Shown here: piece by piece, positions 15,082-28,608 of the stretch | Numbering within the stretch: the first letter of the stretch is position 1 | Layout of the letters: each line of letters opens with the position of its first letter | From: Mobula hypostoma | Taxonomy: Eukaryota | Assembly (NCBI RefSeq): GCF_963921235.1 | Contig: NC_086108.1 | Location: forward strand, 100,690,001 to 100,754,000 | Direction of reading: 5' to 3' | Length of the DNA: 64,000 nucleotides | Translations under genes and position numbers: made by a program | The notes under the pieces: model-generated | The model's database searches: none | What the model was told of the DNA's origin: nothing | The model's input: the letters and a program-made list of their open reading frames with translations, nothing else

Positions 15082-16097
15082 CATTATGACATGACTCATT
15101 ACTTCAAATATTTCAATTATTCAGCCATAAAAAAAACTGCTGGAGCCAGTCGGCTGGTCAATTGAGTGTTTCCTGCATTTATCACTTTTATTTCACATTT
15201 CCAACAGCTGCAGTTTCTGAATTTTTCATCAAATATCCAGGCATTATTAGCAGCACAGATTAGCAGTATGTAATTTGCTGTTATTAAATGTGCAAAGACA
15301 CACATCAGAATAATGCAAACAATTATTTTATCATTGTCTTCATTAGGACAGATTAGAAATTACAGTACCATTAGGGTACTGTGCTTCAAGTAATTCTAAG
15401 AGGAGGCCGTGTCACTATTTGCAGTCTTAAAAAACAGGCAAGCACTTGCATGCAAGTAAAGTGGTCTGCCAAGGGCTTCAACTGCCCTATTTAATCTTTT
15501 TCTCCATCAGAATTACTACTGAACTCCCAAGAATTAAGCAAACTTCTGGTTGATTAGGCTTTCAAAATAGGCATGAATGAATGATCTTGACTTGTCATTT
15601 TTATGTCAATTGAAATATAACGGAAGCAACAATTTGAGAAACATAGCCTTTGTCACTTGCTGGTTGGGTCAAAACCACCAACAGATTTGAGGCAAACCTT
15701 TCAAATTAAATTTAAGTCTCAGGGAGACAACTGCACTGGCAGAGTTATTATTGTATGCCTGTGTGACAATAGTTGAAAAGCTCAAAATGCATGTACATAA
15801 TCTGACCTTATCAAGGAATCCATCTAATAATCTCTGAGACATGTATAATTGTTTGCTTACAGCCTCAGTTCAAATCCTATTGTAAACCACCAACAGCCAC
15901 AGGCAAGATAATTCTACCATCCAAATTTGTATCCCATTCATATTAAATTTGGAAATACATGCAAAATGAAGAACATTATTTTCCAAGTTTACTCATGTAC
16001 TTCAAGTGCTTCATTAATAGAATTTGAGAAAACCTGGAACTAGATTTTATTTGTTTTTCTTCTTTTAAAGTTCTAGGCAACTATTAAAGTTGATATA

Positions 16098-16458
16098 CAG
16101 TTGCAAGAAAAAGTTTGTGAACCCTTTATAATTATCCAGTTTTCTGTATTACTGACTTTGTGCATCTTTTTTTATAGGGCAATGCACCTCTACAACCCAC
16201 ACCTCCAATCTCATCTCACTGATTGGAACACCAGACTCCAAATAACCTTTGTAGAAGGCATTACCCCAAAGGTTAACATACTTTTTTGAATCTAGACTGT
16301 GATTGTTCAAATGGTGTATTCGGTCTTAACAAGAACAAATACAATTGTTTGTGTGCTATTAGTTTGGGCAGATTGTGTTTGTCTATTATTGTGACTCAGA
16401 TGAAGATCAAACCACATTATATGCAAATTAATGCAGAAAAACAAGGTAATTGCAAAGG
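16098..16458. mobile_element. Tc1-type remnant
   Basis: TA|CAGTTGCAAGAAAAAGTTTGTGAACCC left TIR; the right end is truncated at GGTAATTGCAAAGG. Confidence 0.6.
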
Positions 16459-16841
16459 TACATTTGATGTCCCACAAAAGCATACAAGATTCAAAGGAGT
16501 ATAGAAAATTGGATCCAAAACTGAGACAGTAACAAGAAGACACACCAAGACCAGAAGTCTGCTAACAGGGGCTTCCACAGGGGTGCTCTTTGTACAATAA
16601 TTTAGATCTAAATCTAAGAGAAAATATGCAAGAAACTGGTTGTGGGATTGATAGAAGCTTTTGATTGCAGGAGGAAAAAGATGGCTTGGTCATTTGAGCA
16701 TCAAAATAACAAATGGAACTTAATACAAAAAAATTTACACATTTACAGAAGTGCACAAAATGTGAGAAAATATGACAAATGGAAGATTATTGAGTAAAGT
16801 ATACAAACAGAATGCTATTGTTTCTGAGCAGAGGTACGTAA

Positions 16842-19385
16842 TAAGACCATAAGACAAAGGAGCAGAATTAGGTCACCTGGCCCATCGAGTCTGCTCTGAC
16901 ATTCAATCATGGCTAATGCTTTTTTTTAAATCTCCTCCTCAACCCCTACTCCCCCCCAACCTTTGATGCCATGTGCAATCAAGAACCTAACAATCCCTGC
17001 CTTAAATACACCCAATGACTTGGCCTCCACAGCTGCATGTGGCAACAAATTCCACAAATTCACCACCTTTTGGCTAAAGAAATTTCTCCGCATCTCTGTT
17101 TTGAAAGGGCACCCCTCTATCCTGGGAGGCTAAGCCCTCTTGTCCTAGACTCTCCCAACATGGGAAACATCTTTTCCACATCTACTCTGTCTAGGACTTT
17201 CAACATTTGAACGGTTTCAATACGATTCCCCCTCATCCTTCTGAATTCCAGTGAGTACAGACACAGAGCCATCAAACATTACTCGTATGATAACCCTTTC
17301 ATTCCTGGAATCATCCTTGTGAACCTCCTCTGGACCCTCTCCAATGCCAACACATCTTTTCTAAGATGAGGGGCCCAAAACTGTTCACAATACTCAAGGT
17401 GAGGCCTCACCAGTGTCTTATAAAGCCTCAGCATCACATCCTTGCTCTTGTATTCTAGACCTCTTGAAATGAATACTAACATGGCATTTGCCTTCCTCAC
17501 CACTGACTCAACCTGCAAGTTAACCTTTGGGGTGCTCTGCCAAGTCTCTCTGTATCTCAGATTCCTGGATTTTCTCCCCATTATAAAAAGAAATGGTTCC
17601 AACACCGACCCCTGCAGAACACCACTAGTCACTGGCAGCCAACCAGAAAAGGATCCTTTTATTTCCACTCGCTGCCTCTTACTTATTAGCCAATGCTCTA
17701 ACCATGTTAGTAACTTTCCTGTAATACCATGGGCTCTTAACTTGGTAAGCGGCCTCATATGTGCCACCTTGGCAAAGGCTTTCTGAAAGGCCAAATATAC
17801 AACATCCACTGCATCCCCCTTTATCTTCCTACTTGGAATCTCCTCAAAAGTACTCCAACAGGTTCATATGGCAGGATTTTCCATGAAGGAAACCATGCTG
17901 ATTTTGTACTATCTTGTCCTGTGTCACCAAGTACTCCAGCACCTCATCCTTAACAGTTGACTCCAACATCTTCCCAACCACTGAGGTCAAGCTAACTGGT
18001 CTATAATTTGCTTTCTGCTGCTTTCCTTCTTTCTTACTTTTCCAGACCTCTGGCACCATGATTTTTGAAAGATCGTTTCTAATGCCACCACAACAATCTA
18101 ACGCTACCGCTTTCAGAACCCTAGGGTGCAGTTCCTCTAGTCTGGGTGACTTATGTACCTTTAGGTCTTTTAACTTTTTCAGCACCTTCTCTCTTGTAAC
18201 AGTAACTGCACCCACTTCTCTTCCTTCACACACATCAGGCATACCGCTAATAGAGGCAGGAGGAGAAGACGGTGGCACGACACAGCTCGCAGCGGCCACT
18301 CCGGTGGTGATGTCTGCTATTTGTCAAGTAGGGTGCCGTGCACAATCCTGATTTGATGGAGACTGACGTGACAGCACAGAGGAACATCTGGTGAAACTTC
18401 TGAAATGCCTGCTTCGTTGCTGCTGCTACTGTATGGTCCAGAATCCCCGAATTAAAAGGCCCCGAGTCCTCGGCTTTGCTGTTGCTTGGCGGCCGGGAAA
18501 GGGTTGAAGCGCTCAGCAGAGGATGGTGCTTGGAGAGGATGTGTCGGAGAGGCTGGTCGGAAGTTCAAAGATTTTGGATGGACTCAGAGTTCGCTGCGGT
18601 CGGGTACTTCCAATGGTGCTGCATCAGCAAGTTGGCGGCGCTTGGAGGTTCATGGCAGGGAGAGTTTCTCCCTTCTGCCGCCTGCGTGAGATGATAAGTC
18701 TATCGGGACTTTGAGACTTTTTTTTACCGTGCCCATGGTCTACTCTTTATCAAATTATGGTATTGCTTTGCACTGTTGTAACTATATGTTATAATTATGT
18801 GGTTTGTCAGTTTTAGTCTTGGCTTGTCCTGTGTTTTCTTGTGGTATCATTCTGGAGGAACGTTGTATCATTTTTTAAAGCATGCATTTCTAAATGACAA
18901 TAAACGAGGACTGAGTGTCCTCATAAGCTAATTTAATCTAATGTCTTCCGCAGTGAAGACTGACACAAAATACTCATTTAGCTCATCAGTCATTTCTTTG
19001 TCCCCCATTATTATTTCTCCTACCTCATTTTCTAGCGGTCCTATATCCACTCTCATTTCTCTTTTATTTTTAACATACTTGGAAAAAACTTCTTCTATCC
19101 ATTTTGATATTATTTGCTAGCTTGGTTTCATATTTCATCTTTTCCCTGCTAATGATTATTTTAGTTGGTCTCTGTAGGTTTTTAAAAACTTCCCAATCCT
19201 CTACCTTCCCACTAATTTTTCCTTTGTTTTATGCCCTTTCTTTTGCTTTTACAATAGCTTTGACTTCCGTGTCAGCATGGTTGTACTATTTTACCATTTG
19301 AGTATTTCTTCATTTTTGAAGTACACATGTCCTGCACCTTCTTCATTTTTCCCCAGATACCCACACCATTGCTGCTCTGCTGACA
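16842..19385 (-). mobile_element. Decayed CR1 LINE interrupted by the insertion at 18252-18937
   Basis: ORFs 17279-17809 and 17844-18299 carry CR1 RT motifs (NYRPVSLTSVVGKMLE, RPHLEYCEQFWAPH); CR1 tail at about 16845. Confidence 0.9.
18252..18937 (+). mobile_element. Non-coding CpG-rich retroposon-like insertion, family not identified
   Basis: Interrupts the CR1, with CTAAT repeated on both sides; GC-rich 5' half, AATAAA near 18899, short TAAT(C/T) tail. Confidence 0.55.
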
Positions 19386-21649
19386 GCCCTGCCACAATAC
19401 ATGAAAAATGTGGTTGTACAAGGGAAAAATCAGAAATTATTCACAAAGATCATGATGTAACCGAAAAGCTCCAGCAGTGAAAAGCAGTTCTGCATAAAGT
19501 GGACTATGAGCTGGCAAAAATAAAAACACAGCTTCATTAATCTTGACTTGGTCCCTCCTTGATTCTTCCCCTCCAGAGAAGCAATAGAATATTCCTCTGG
19601 AGCCAAATACAAAATGTGATGAATACCATTCTGATTTATGATGGATTTAACAATATTTATTTGCCCCAGGGCAGGAATGCAAGAGTTTGGACTAATTCTT
19701 ACCAAGCTGTGAGTGGTCAAATCAGCAGCCCTTTGAGATAAACCCTTTGAGATAATACATATTTACACACACACACAAACACACACACACATGAATCCAG
19801 CAAGCTAATATTGGGAATGCCACCAGCAAGTAGATTCAATTTGTACAATAATTGATTACAACAGGAATGAGGAAAACATGGCAGCTCAGTAACAGTAAAA
19901 ATTGCATTTTGTTATTACTGTGCATACTGTTATTTCTAATTAAGGTTAACTCTTTCATAAATTATAAACAGTAAAACTTGGAGAATAATTAAATACATCA
20001 CCATAAAGAATTGTAAGAGGTAAAATTTACAAGAACCAATAGATAGGCAGAGGAAATCAGCATTACAAAGTTTTGGTAAATTATAACTTCCACATTAAGT
20101 TTTAATTATCACACAATGGAAGAGGTTTGCATAAAATTACAAGGTCTCTGAAATACATTAAAAGAGCTGCGGAAATAAATTATGCAATTTTGTCAATTAT
20201 TTTGCATATATTAAAACCAAGCACCCGTTTTGGAGCTTTAAATCATAAAAAGTGCTACCAAAAGAAAATTCAAAATCATCCTGTCAATACAAGTTTCCTA
20301 TCACTCTTGAGAATTATTTTCCTACGTGCGTTCTATACCTGGAATTTCAAAATGCCAGATTTCTTCCATCAAGTGGATTAAGTCCTTCTGTAGTGCCAGC
20401 AAGAGTTTTCCCAGTTCTTATTAGTAATGAAAAGAAAAGACAGTAGCCGACAGTGGTAAGGAAAAAGACAGAATAATCTGTTCAGTGGTCTAAACTTTCT
20501 TTTTATCAGATTCTGCTAAAAAAAATTTTGACAGTCAAATCAACACTTTTGCATTCATAATCAACATAACCTAATGGTGTGATAGGGGCAGCCCGCAAGT
20601 CTCACTACACATTCTGGCACCAACAAAGCATGCCACCAATGCTCGGCAGAACAACACAGAACACAAAAAAGCAACAGCAAAACAAGCCCCGTTCCTCCCT
20701 CCCACTCATGCATGCACGTACGCATTCCTCCAACCCAGGACTGGCCATCTTCAGCCTCCAGCGGACTTGCGGAGTCGCAAACACTTCCTTCCCAGAATCT
20801 AAAATATAACTCTTCTGAGATTTATGTTGGGCCAGAGATGTAGTGGTTTAATTAAGTCTAATCCCTATCACGTTTTCCTATGCTTGCTTGTTGGACTTTT
20901 CTTCAGAAGTCCACAACGACAGCTCTGCCTTTTCTGCACAATCAACCATCTCATTAAATGTGCAGAAAACAAAGATGCTGTAATAAACTGGGTTTTCTGT
21001 TTGCTTCCAATATCTTATAGAAATGCTAGGTACGGCTTAAAATTTGATCTACCCCACTCTTCCACTTACTTGAGGACTCTTTCTTCTGAAAAACCATTTA
21101 CATTTAAAGAATGAGTGCACTATTTGATAGTAAATACAAGCACTGAGAGTGCATGAAAAAATTATGATCCTTCATTTCTCTTGAACAAGAATATCAAATG
21201 AAGAACAGTGAAGTAGGATGTTTAATAGCATCTAAGACAAAGCAGCAGTTACGCCCTGCACCAATAACATTCAGTGCCTGAAGCTTTTACTGAGCACAAA
21301 ATACACTGCGCTAAATGACCAAGACTACTTCAACATCACATCCTGAACATGTGACCTTGACCTCCAAGAACATCCTTAGAAGTAATGGGAACACCTCGAA
21401 CTACATATTCCCCTCCAAACTGCATAAAATCCTAACTTAGAAATTTATTGCCATTTTCTCAAGGGCATTTACGAATGTACGATAAAATGTTGCTTACACC
21501 AAGGTACCAAAAGATTAAAGTTTTTAAAAAGCTAGTCCTTAAACTTTGTATAATGGCTTAATTCGATGATTTATATAGATTGCAAAGAGGGAGCCAGTGA
21601 CCAACAGCGGCATTTTGCAGATAGCTTACAAGACTACAGGATACTCCCG

Positions 21650-22320
21650 AGAAAACAGAAAATCTACAGCATATTACAAGCCTTTCGGCTCACAATTTTG
21701 TACCAACTACGTAGCTTATTCTAGAAGCGGCCTAGAGTTTCCCTACCGCATAACCCTCTATTTTTCTAAGCTCCACCTGGGCTGGCAGTGCATCCCACGC
21801 GCCCACCACTCTGTGTGAAAAATTTACCTCTGACATCCTCCTTTTACCTTCTTCCAAGTACCTTAAAGCTATGGCCCTTTGTGTTAGCCATTTCAGCCCT
21901 GGGAAAAATCCTCTGGCTATCCACTGATCAGGGCCTCTCATCATCTTATACACCTCTATCAGGTCCACTCTCATCCTCTGTCGCTCCAAGGGGAAAAGGC
22001 CAAGTTCACTCAACCTATTCTCATAAGGCATGCTCTCTAATCCAGGCAACACCTTTGTAAATCTCTTCTGCACTCTCTCTATAGCATCCATATCCTTCCT
22101 ATAATGAGATGACCAGTTCTGAACACAGTGCTCCAAGTGGGGTCTAACTAAGGTCTTATATAGCTGTAACATTACCTCACAGCTCAAGCTCAATCCCACG
22201 ACTGAAGGCCCACACACCATACGCCTTCTTAACAACACTGTCAACTTGTGCAGCAGCTTTGACTGTCATACGGACACAGAGCCTAAGATCTCACTGATAC
22301 TCCAAACTCCAAGACACTTA
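21650..22320 (-). mobile_element. CR1 LINE 3' fragment
   Basis: LYKTLVRPHLEHCVQNWSSHYRKDMDAIERVQKRFTK. Confidence 0.9.
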
Positions 22321-22324
22321 TCAT

Positions 22325-23390
22325 CATCATGGTTAGTACATTGGCTGATTGGTAAGAAGCAGCAAGTGGGAATAAAAGGATCCTTTTCTGGTTGGCTGCT
22401 AGTGAGTAGTAGTGTTCCGCAGGGGCCGGTGTTGGGACCACTTATTTTTACGCTGTATATAAATGATTTAGATGCTGGAATAGATGGCTTTGTTACCAAG
22501 TTTGCAGATGACACGAAGATTGGTGGAGGGGCAGGTAGTGTCAAGGGAGCAGGTAGGAAGCAGAAGGACTTAGACAGATTAGAAGAATGGGCAAGAAAGT
22601 TACAAATGAAATACAATGTTGGAAAATACCTGGTCATGTTCTTTGGTAGTAGAAGTAAATGTGCGGACTATTTTCTAAATGGGGAGAAAATCCAGGAATC
22701 TGAGATGCAGAGGAACTTGGGAGCCCTTGTGCAGAACACCCTGAAGGTTAACTTGCAGGTTTATTTGGTGGTGAAGAAGGCAAATGCCATGTTAGCATTC
22801 ACTTCAAGAGGTCTAGAATACAAGAGCAAGGATGTGATGCTGAGGCTTTATAAGACAGTGGTGAGGCCTCACCTTGAGTATTGTGAACAGTTTTGGGCCC
22901 CCCATCTTAGAAAAGATGTGCTAGCATTGGAGAGGGTCCAGAGGAGGTTTACAAGGATGATTCGAAGAATGAAATAATTATCATACGAGGAACATTTGAT
23001 GGCTTTGTGTCTGTACTTACTGGAATTCAGAAGGATGAAAGGGGACCTCATTGAAACCTTTCAAATGTTGAAAGACCTGGACAGAGTAGGTGTGGAAAGG
23101 ATGTTTCCCTTGGTGGGAGGGTCTAGGAAAAGAGAGCACAGCCTCAGGTTAGAGGGGCAACCTATCAAAACAAATGTGGAGGAGTTATACGGTTGCAGAG
23201 GCAAAGTTGTTGGGTGTACTTAAGGCAGAGATTGACATGTTTTTGATCGGACATGGCATCAAAGGTTACGGAGAGAAGGCCGGGAAGTGGGGTTGAGGAG
23301 ATTTTAAAAAAAGGATCAGCCATGATTGAATGGCCGAGCAGACTCGATGGGTCAGATGGCCTAATTCTGCTCCTATGTCTTACAGTCTCA
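22325..23390 (+). mobile_element. CR1 LINE 3' fragment; tail repeated at about 23685-23865
   Basis: SVPQGPVLGP, FADD, RPHLEYCEQFWAPHLRKD and 3'UTR. Confidence 0.92.
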
Positions 23391-23869
23391 TTATGTACCT
23401 CTGCTCAGGAACAAATTCATTCTGTTTGTATATCAACCAGTTTCTTATATATTTTCCATTAGATTTAGATCTAAATTATTGTACAAAAACCAACCCTGTG
23501 GAAGCCCATGCTAACAGACTTCTGGTCATTGTGTCTTCCTGTCACTGTCTCAGTTTTAGATCCAATTTTCCATACTCCTTTGGATCTTGTATACTTTGTG
23601 GGATATCAAACGTACCTTTGCAATTACCTGGTTTTCTGCATTAATTACTCATATAATATGGTTTGATCTTCATCTGAGTTGGGTTAGGTGTACTTAAGGC
23701 AGAGAATGATAGGATCGTGATTGGACATGGCATCAAAGGTTACGGGGAGAAGGCCGGGAACTGGGGTTGAGGAGGAGATAAGAAAAAAGGATCAGCCATG
23801 ATTGAATAGTGGAGCAGACTCAATGGGCCATATGGCCTAATTCTGCTCCTACGTCTTATGGTTTTATTA

Positions 23870-25495
23870 TTATATTGTCTTCAAATTTGACCGACCGAAA
23901 TGAACCACTTCACACTTATCTGCATTGACTCCATCTGCCACTTCTCAGCCCAGTTCTGCAACTACTGATGTCCTGCTGTAACCTCTGACAACTCTTCCAA
24001 CTATCCACAACACCCCCAATTTTTGTATTGTCAGCAAACTTACTAACCCACCCTTCTACTTCCGCATCCAGGTCATTTATAAAAAAATCACAAAGCGAAG
24101 GGGTCCTAGAACAGATGCCTGTGGAACACACTGGTCACCATCCTCCATGCAGAATACGAGCCATCCACAACCACCCTTTGCCTTGTGTGGTTGAGCCAAT
24201 TCTGGATCCACAAAGGTCTCCTTGGGTCCCATGCCTCATTACTTTCTGAATGAGTCTCACATGGGAAACTTTATCAAATGCCTTACTGAAATCCATATAC
24301 ACTATATCCACTGCTTTACCTTCATCAATGTGTTTTGTTACATTGTCAAAGAATTCAATAAGGTTCGTAAGACATGACCTGCCCTTGACAAAGCCATGCT
24401 GACTATCCCTAATCAGATTATGTCTCTCTAAATGCTCATAAATCCTGCCTCTCAGGATGTTCTACAACAATTTGCCCACTCCCGAAGAAAGACTCACTGG
24501 TCTACAATTTCCTGGGTTATCTCTACTACTTTTCTTTAACAAGGGAACAACATTTGCAACCTTCCAATCCTCTGATACTTCTCCCATCCCCACTGATGAT
24601 GCAAAGATCATTACCAGAGGCTCAGCAATCTCCTTCCTTGCCTCCCACAGTAGCCTGGGGAATATCTCATCCGGTCCCGGCAACTTATCCAACTTACCTA
24701 AAGGCTCCAGCACATCCTCTTTCTTAATGTCTATACACTCAAGTATTTCAGTCCACTTTAAGTCATCTCCACAATTGCCAAGGTCCTTTTCACTGGTGAA
24801 TACCGAAGCAAAGTATTCATTAAGTACCTCTGCTGATTGGTCCTATTCTCATACAGCTGATCCTCTTGCTCTTCACATACTTGCAGAATGTCTTGGGGGT
24901 TTCCTTAATCTTGCTCGCCAAGGCCTTTTCGTAATTTCATTCTTGAGCTCCTTCCTGGCACCCTTGTAATTTTCTAGAGCTATAACAGTACCTAGCTTTC
25001 CAAACCTTTCTTAACTAGATTTTCTACATCCTTTGTACACCATAATTCTTTTACCCTATGATCCTTTTCCTGCATCAATGGAATATACCTATGCAGAATG
25101 CCTTGCAAATGTTCTCTGAACATGTGCCACGTTTCTGCCGTGCATTTCCCTGAGAACATCTGCTTCCAAGTTCCTCCCTAATAGTATCATATTTCCCCCT
25201 ACCCCAATTAAATGCTTTCCCAAATTATCTGCTCCTATCCCTCTCCAGCGCTATGTTAAAAGGAGATAAGAGTTGTGATCACTACCTTTAAAATGCTTTC
25301 CCACCGAGAGATCTGACCCCTGACCAGGTTCATTTCCCAATACCAGATCAAATACAGCCTCTCCTCTAGTTGGCTTATCTACATATTGCATCAGAAAATC
25401 TTCCTGAACACGCCTAACAAACCCCACCCTATCTAAACCCCTTGCTCTAAGGAAATGCTAGTCAATATTAAGAAATATCACCCATCACAACAACC
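23870..25495 (-). mobile_element. Decayed CR1 ORF2 fragment
   Basis: INDLDAEVEGWVSKFADNTKIGG and EDWKVANVVPLLKK...GNCRPVSL. Confidence 0.88.
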
Positions 25496-26289
25496 CTTCT
25501 TTGAGATTGTACTACTTCTGAACTGCAACTGATTGTAGCCTGTAATATCCCTTTTAAGAATGTATTTTTGGGCCAACTGAAACGATCTGGCTCTTCAGTG
25601 ACCTCCTGGGGGATTCATCATGGAGTGCAGCTATGGCCATCGTTTTTTTTTTTGGGGGGGGTAGAGACACATCGATTATTAATGGCAGAATGCAAATCCG
25701 TGGTTGGCTCCATTACTCCACTGAGCAAAGTATTGAGCAAGATTAAAATCAATGAGGATGAGAGTGGAAAACAAACGGGTGCTCAGTGCCATCTGCCTGG
25801 TCTCCCTCTTGCTGTGGTTTGATTTTAATGCCATCAACGTTGAATGTGCTTTACTATTTGCGGAAGTTGATCCAACTGGATCGGTAGCCGTAGCCTGCAG
25901 ATATCAACTGCACTGAACTGAGTGACTCAGTGGCTGTGGCCACAATTATCTATTCCTGAACGGGCTTCACTTGACTCAGTGGTTCATGTTTGCAAACTCA
26001 CTTCTGGGGGCTCTACAGTTTGACGTTCAATGTTTTGTGTGTATTTGTTCGCTTTTCACTGATTTGTTCTTTTCTCGCACATCATACATGGCGGTTTTCT
26101 TAAATGGGTTCTACGGTGTTTCTTTGTTTTGTGGCTGCCTGCAATAAGACGAATCTCATGGGTGTATACTGTATATATACCTTGATAATAAAAGTTCTTT
26201 GAAAATGGGAAAATTACAGAATAGATTATTGGAACTAATATTACTTTTTTTTTTATCCTGCAGTACCTATGGCGTAATTTTGACGCAGA

Positions 26290-27310
26290 AGTATAATTGG
26301 GCTGTAGGTGTAGCACTTATTCCGCTTGCAAGGATAAGTGTCAGGAGAGAAATTAGTCGGGAGAGATGAATCAACAAGGGAGTCGTGTAGGGAGCAATCC
26401 CTACCAAAAGAAGAAAGTGGGAGTGAGGAAAAGATGTGCTCGCTGGTGGGATACTGTTGGAGATGGCGGAAGTTCCGGAGAATTATGTGCTGGGTGCAGA
26501 GGCTGGTGGGGTAGTAGGTAAGGACAAGAGGGACCCTAACCTGGTAGAGTGGCAGGCAGATGGGGTAAGAACAGATGTGCATGAAATGAAAGATGCTGTT
26601 GAGGGCAGCATTGATGGTGGAGGAAGGGAAGCCCCTTTCTTTGAAAAAGGAGGTCATCTCCCTCGTTTTAGAATGAAAGCCTCATCCTGAGAGCAGATGT
26701 GACAGAGACGGAGGAATTGAGGGAAGGAGATGGCATTTTTACAAGTAACAGGGTGGGAAGAGGTATAGTCCAGGTAACAGTGAGTGTCTGTAGGTTTATA
26801 ATAGCAATCAGTAGATAAACTGTCTCCAGAGATTGAGACAGTGAGATTGAGAAAGGGGAGGGAGGTGTCTGAAATGGACCAGATAAATTTGAGGGCAGGG
26901 TGAAAGTTGGAGGCAAAGTTAATGAAGTCTACGAATTCCACATGGGTGCAGGAAGCTGCACCAATGCAGTCATCGATGTAGCGTTGGAAAAGTGGGGGTT
27001 GGACACCAGTGTGGGCTTGAAACAGACTGTTCCATGTAGCTGACAAAAAGGCAGGCATAGCTGAGACCCATGCAAGTGCCTGTGGCTACACCTTTTGTTT
27101 GAAGGAAGTGGGTGGAGCCAAAGGAGAAAGTATTAAGAGTGAGAACAAGTTCAACTAGATGAGTAAAGGAGAGTGGTGGTGGAGGCGAACTGGTTGGGTC
27201 TGGTGTCCAAAAAGAAAAGGAGAGCTTTGAGGTCTTCCTGGTGGGGGATGGAGGTGTACAAGGACTAGACATCCATAGTAAAAATAAGATGATGGGGTGC
27301 AGGGAACAAG
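26290..27310 (-). mobile_element. Penelope-like element (PLE) reverse transcriptase fragment
   Basis: QTKGVATGTCMG, RYIDD, LPFL, YYKPTDTHCYLDYTSSHP...QFLRLCHICS are PLE RT and thumb motifs; frameshifted. Confidence 0.85.
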
Positions 27311-28462
27311 GGGCAGGTGAGAGCATCAGAAGGCAGCTCTAAGCACTTTGCTTCTGCCCTGATCCAGTAACCACAGAGTTGATTTGGCCTGGCACTATGA
27401 TCAATATTGTTCTGAAAAGCCAAAACTAAGTTATCAATACAAACATAGTCTACTAAAATGTTCCCTGAGCTCATTAACCATTTATCTAAACATGTATAAT
27501 GCCAATACATTTTAACTCAATGAGAATGGCATGAACCAAAGATTGATAATTTCACTTCCACATTCAGGCTATGAACTAAATTCAATAATAAGTTAGAATT
27601 AAAGTCTTTCCTTTATCCAAGAAAACTGTTAAAAAAGAACATAACATTGAATCCAAGAACACGCTGTTGGTTCTGGTGTTTTGGGGAAAGCCAACTTTCT
27701 CTTATCTGTAACAAGGATAATAAAGGACAATGAAATGATGTAACAATCAATAATAAACTATTTCAGTAGTGTGTATAAATTAAAGAGCATATTAATCCAA
27801 TTAATTGTTTGCAAGTTGAGGAAGGATTGATTTAATACTGGGGCAATATATGTATTTGCCAATGATAGAAGATCAAATGCATTTATCAATAATAGAAGCT
27901 CTGATAGTATTTACCAGACTAGAAAACCAATGCAACACCAATGTTGATTAAGCAAATGTTTTAACAGCTTAAACAGATTTTGATTCAGATTTTGTATTGA
28001 AGTTCACAAAACTATGATTTGTCATTAAAAGAGCAAAGTAATTTGAATTATATTTTTTCAACTATGACTTTGAGACACTGATGGAATTTATTTATAAACT
28101 CTCCAGGCTGTTTGGGGCTTTCAAAATAATTTGTGCACAAATGTACCACCCACCCCAATAACAGCAACCTGGACCATAGGTCAATATTAGTAAATTTAAT
28201 ATGTTGTTGATTTTCCTAAAGAATAGTAAGTTAATGATCATCTAAATACCAGTCTATTACTCCTTTAAGTCGAAGGAAACAGGCTATATAAAAAAAAATT
28301 AAAATTTACTTCTTCCTATAGATGCTGCCTGGCCTGCTGCGTTCCACCAGCATTTTGTGTGCGTTGCTTAAAATTTCCACCCATTGGTTGCTTAGAAAGC
28401 CTCATTTAAAAAATAAATTTGAGTATCAAGCATGTCAATCAACCCTGTTCTGGAATCATTTT

Positions 28463-28608
28463 CAAACAAAAGAAAATCTGCAGATGTTGGAAATCCAAGC
28501 AACACACAATATGCTGGAGAATCTCAAAAGGCCAGGCAGCATCTATAAAGAGTAAACAGTTGACATTTCGGGCCCAGACTCTTCATCAAGACTGGCCTTA
28601 AATGTCGA
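28463..28608 (-). mobile_element. Short PLE-tail (pLTR)-derived insertion with degenerate hammerhead
   Basis: Exact 13-bp direct repeat CTGGAATCATTTT at 28450-28462 and 28609-28621; another partial copy at about 28306-28380 (+). Confidence 0.75.
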
